The translations under genes and the position numbers were made by a program. A DNA stretch of 22,058 nt from Paraphysomonas bandaiensis (lineage: Eukaryota > Protista > Chrysophyceae), in the NCBI GenBank assembly GCA_965644295.1, contig CBFFRP010000529.1, forward strand, positions 1 through 22,058. The letters run 5' to 3'. Positions 21,889 through 22,058 of this stretch are shown one piece after another. The notes beneath the pieces were generated by a model, which was not told the DNA's origin, made no database searches, and saw only the letters and a program-made list of their open reading frames with translations. Positions within the stretch are counted from its first letter, which is position 1; every line of letters starts with the position of its first letter.

Positions 21889-22056
21889 CTAATTATTTAT
21901 ATATAATATTACTTCGTTTTTGAAATCTTCTTTAGTCTTCATAACAAATTTATCATCGTCAACATCATAAAAGTAATATGAACCGCCTTGTATTTCATAG
22001 TAATACTTAAACACATATTTGATTACATCTAGATTGTCTTTAAGTTCTCCATGTTT
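21889..22056 (-). pseudogene. AT-rich ORF end entering from the window edge (KHGELKDNLDVIKYVFKYYYEIQGGSYYFYDVDDDKFVMKTKEDFKNEVILYINN*), possibly a truncated virus-like gene
   Basis: 55 stop-free codons in very AT-rich DNA with K/D/Y-rich composition, unlike the neighbouring sequence. Not in the ORF track because it has no start inside the window. Identity not established. Confidence 0.45.
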
Positions 22057-22058
22057 TG

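Overview
Eukaryotic, gene-poor window with no intact cellular gene, in three parts. (1) 1-802 is a unique leader with + strand splice-signal-like motifs and several hairpins. (2) 803-18564 is a ~17.8 kb tandem array of roughly 170 monomers (mostly 101 bp; 98, 92 and 89 bp variants) with irregular higher-order duplications. Fourteen monomers carry an 81-bp insert that forms an apparently invariant 75-nt pre-miRNA-like hairpin, which pairs best on the + strand. The 5' arm begins with sequence antisense to the conserved GTGTGTCA junction of the monomers. (3) 18565-22058 is a patchwork of mobile-element fragments: a Ty1/copia pol fragment (-), a non-LTR (LINE) ORF2 C-terminal fragment with a CCHC knuckle (+) interrupted by a 1.1-kb insertion with a 13-bp target-site duplication, and the end of an AT-rich, virus-like ORF (-). 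Segment junctions carry 11-13 bp direct repeats, two of them nested around the array. Most ORF-track entries are artefacts of the array. The leading hypothesis, which is inference only, is a satellite-embedded polycistronic small-RNA hairpin locus that is also its own target or sponge, lying next to captured TE fragments.
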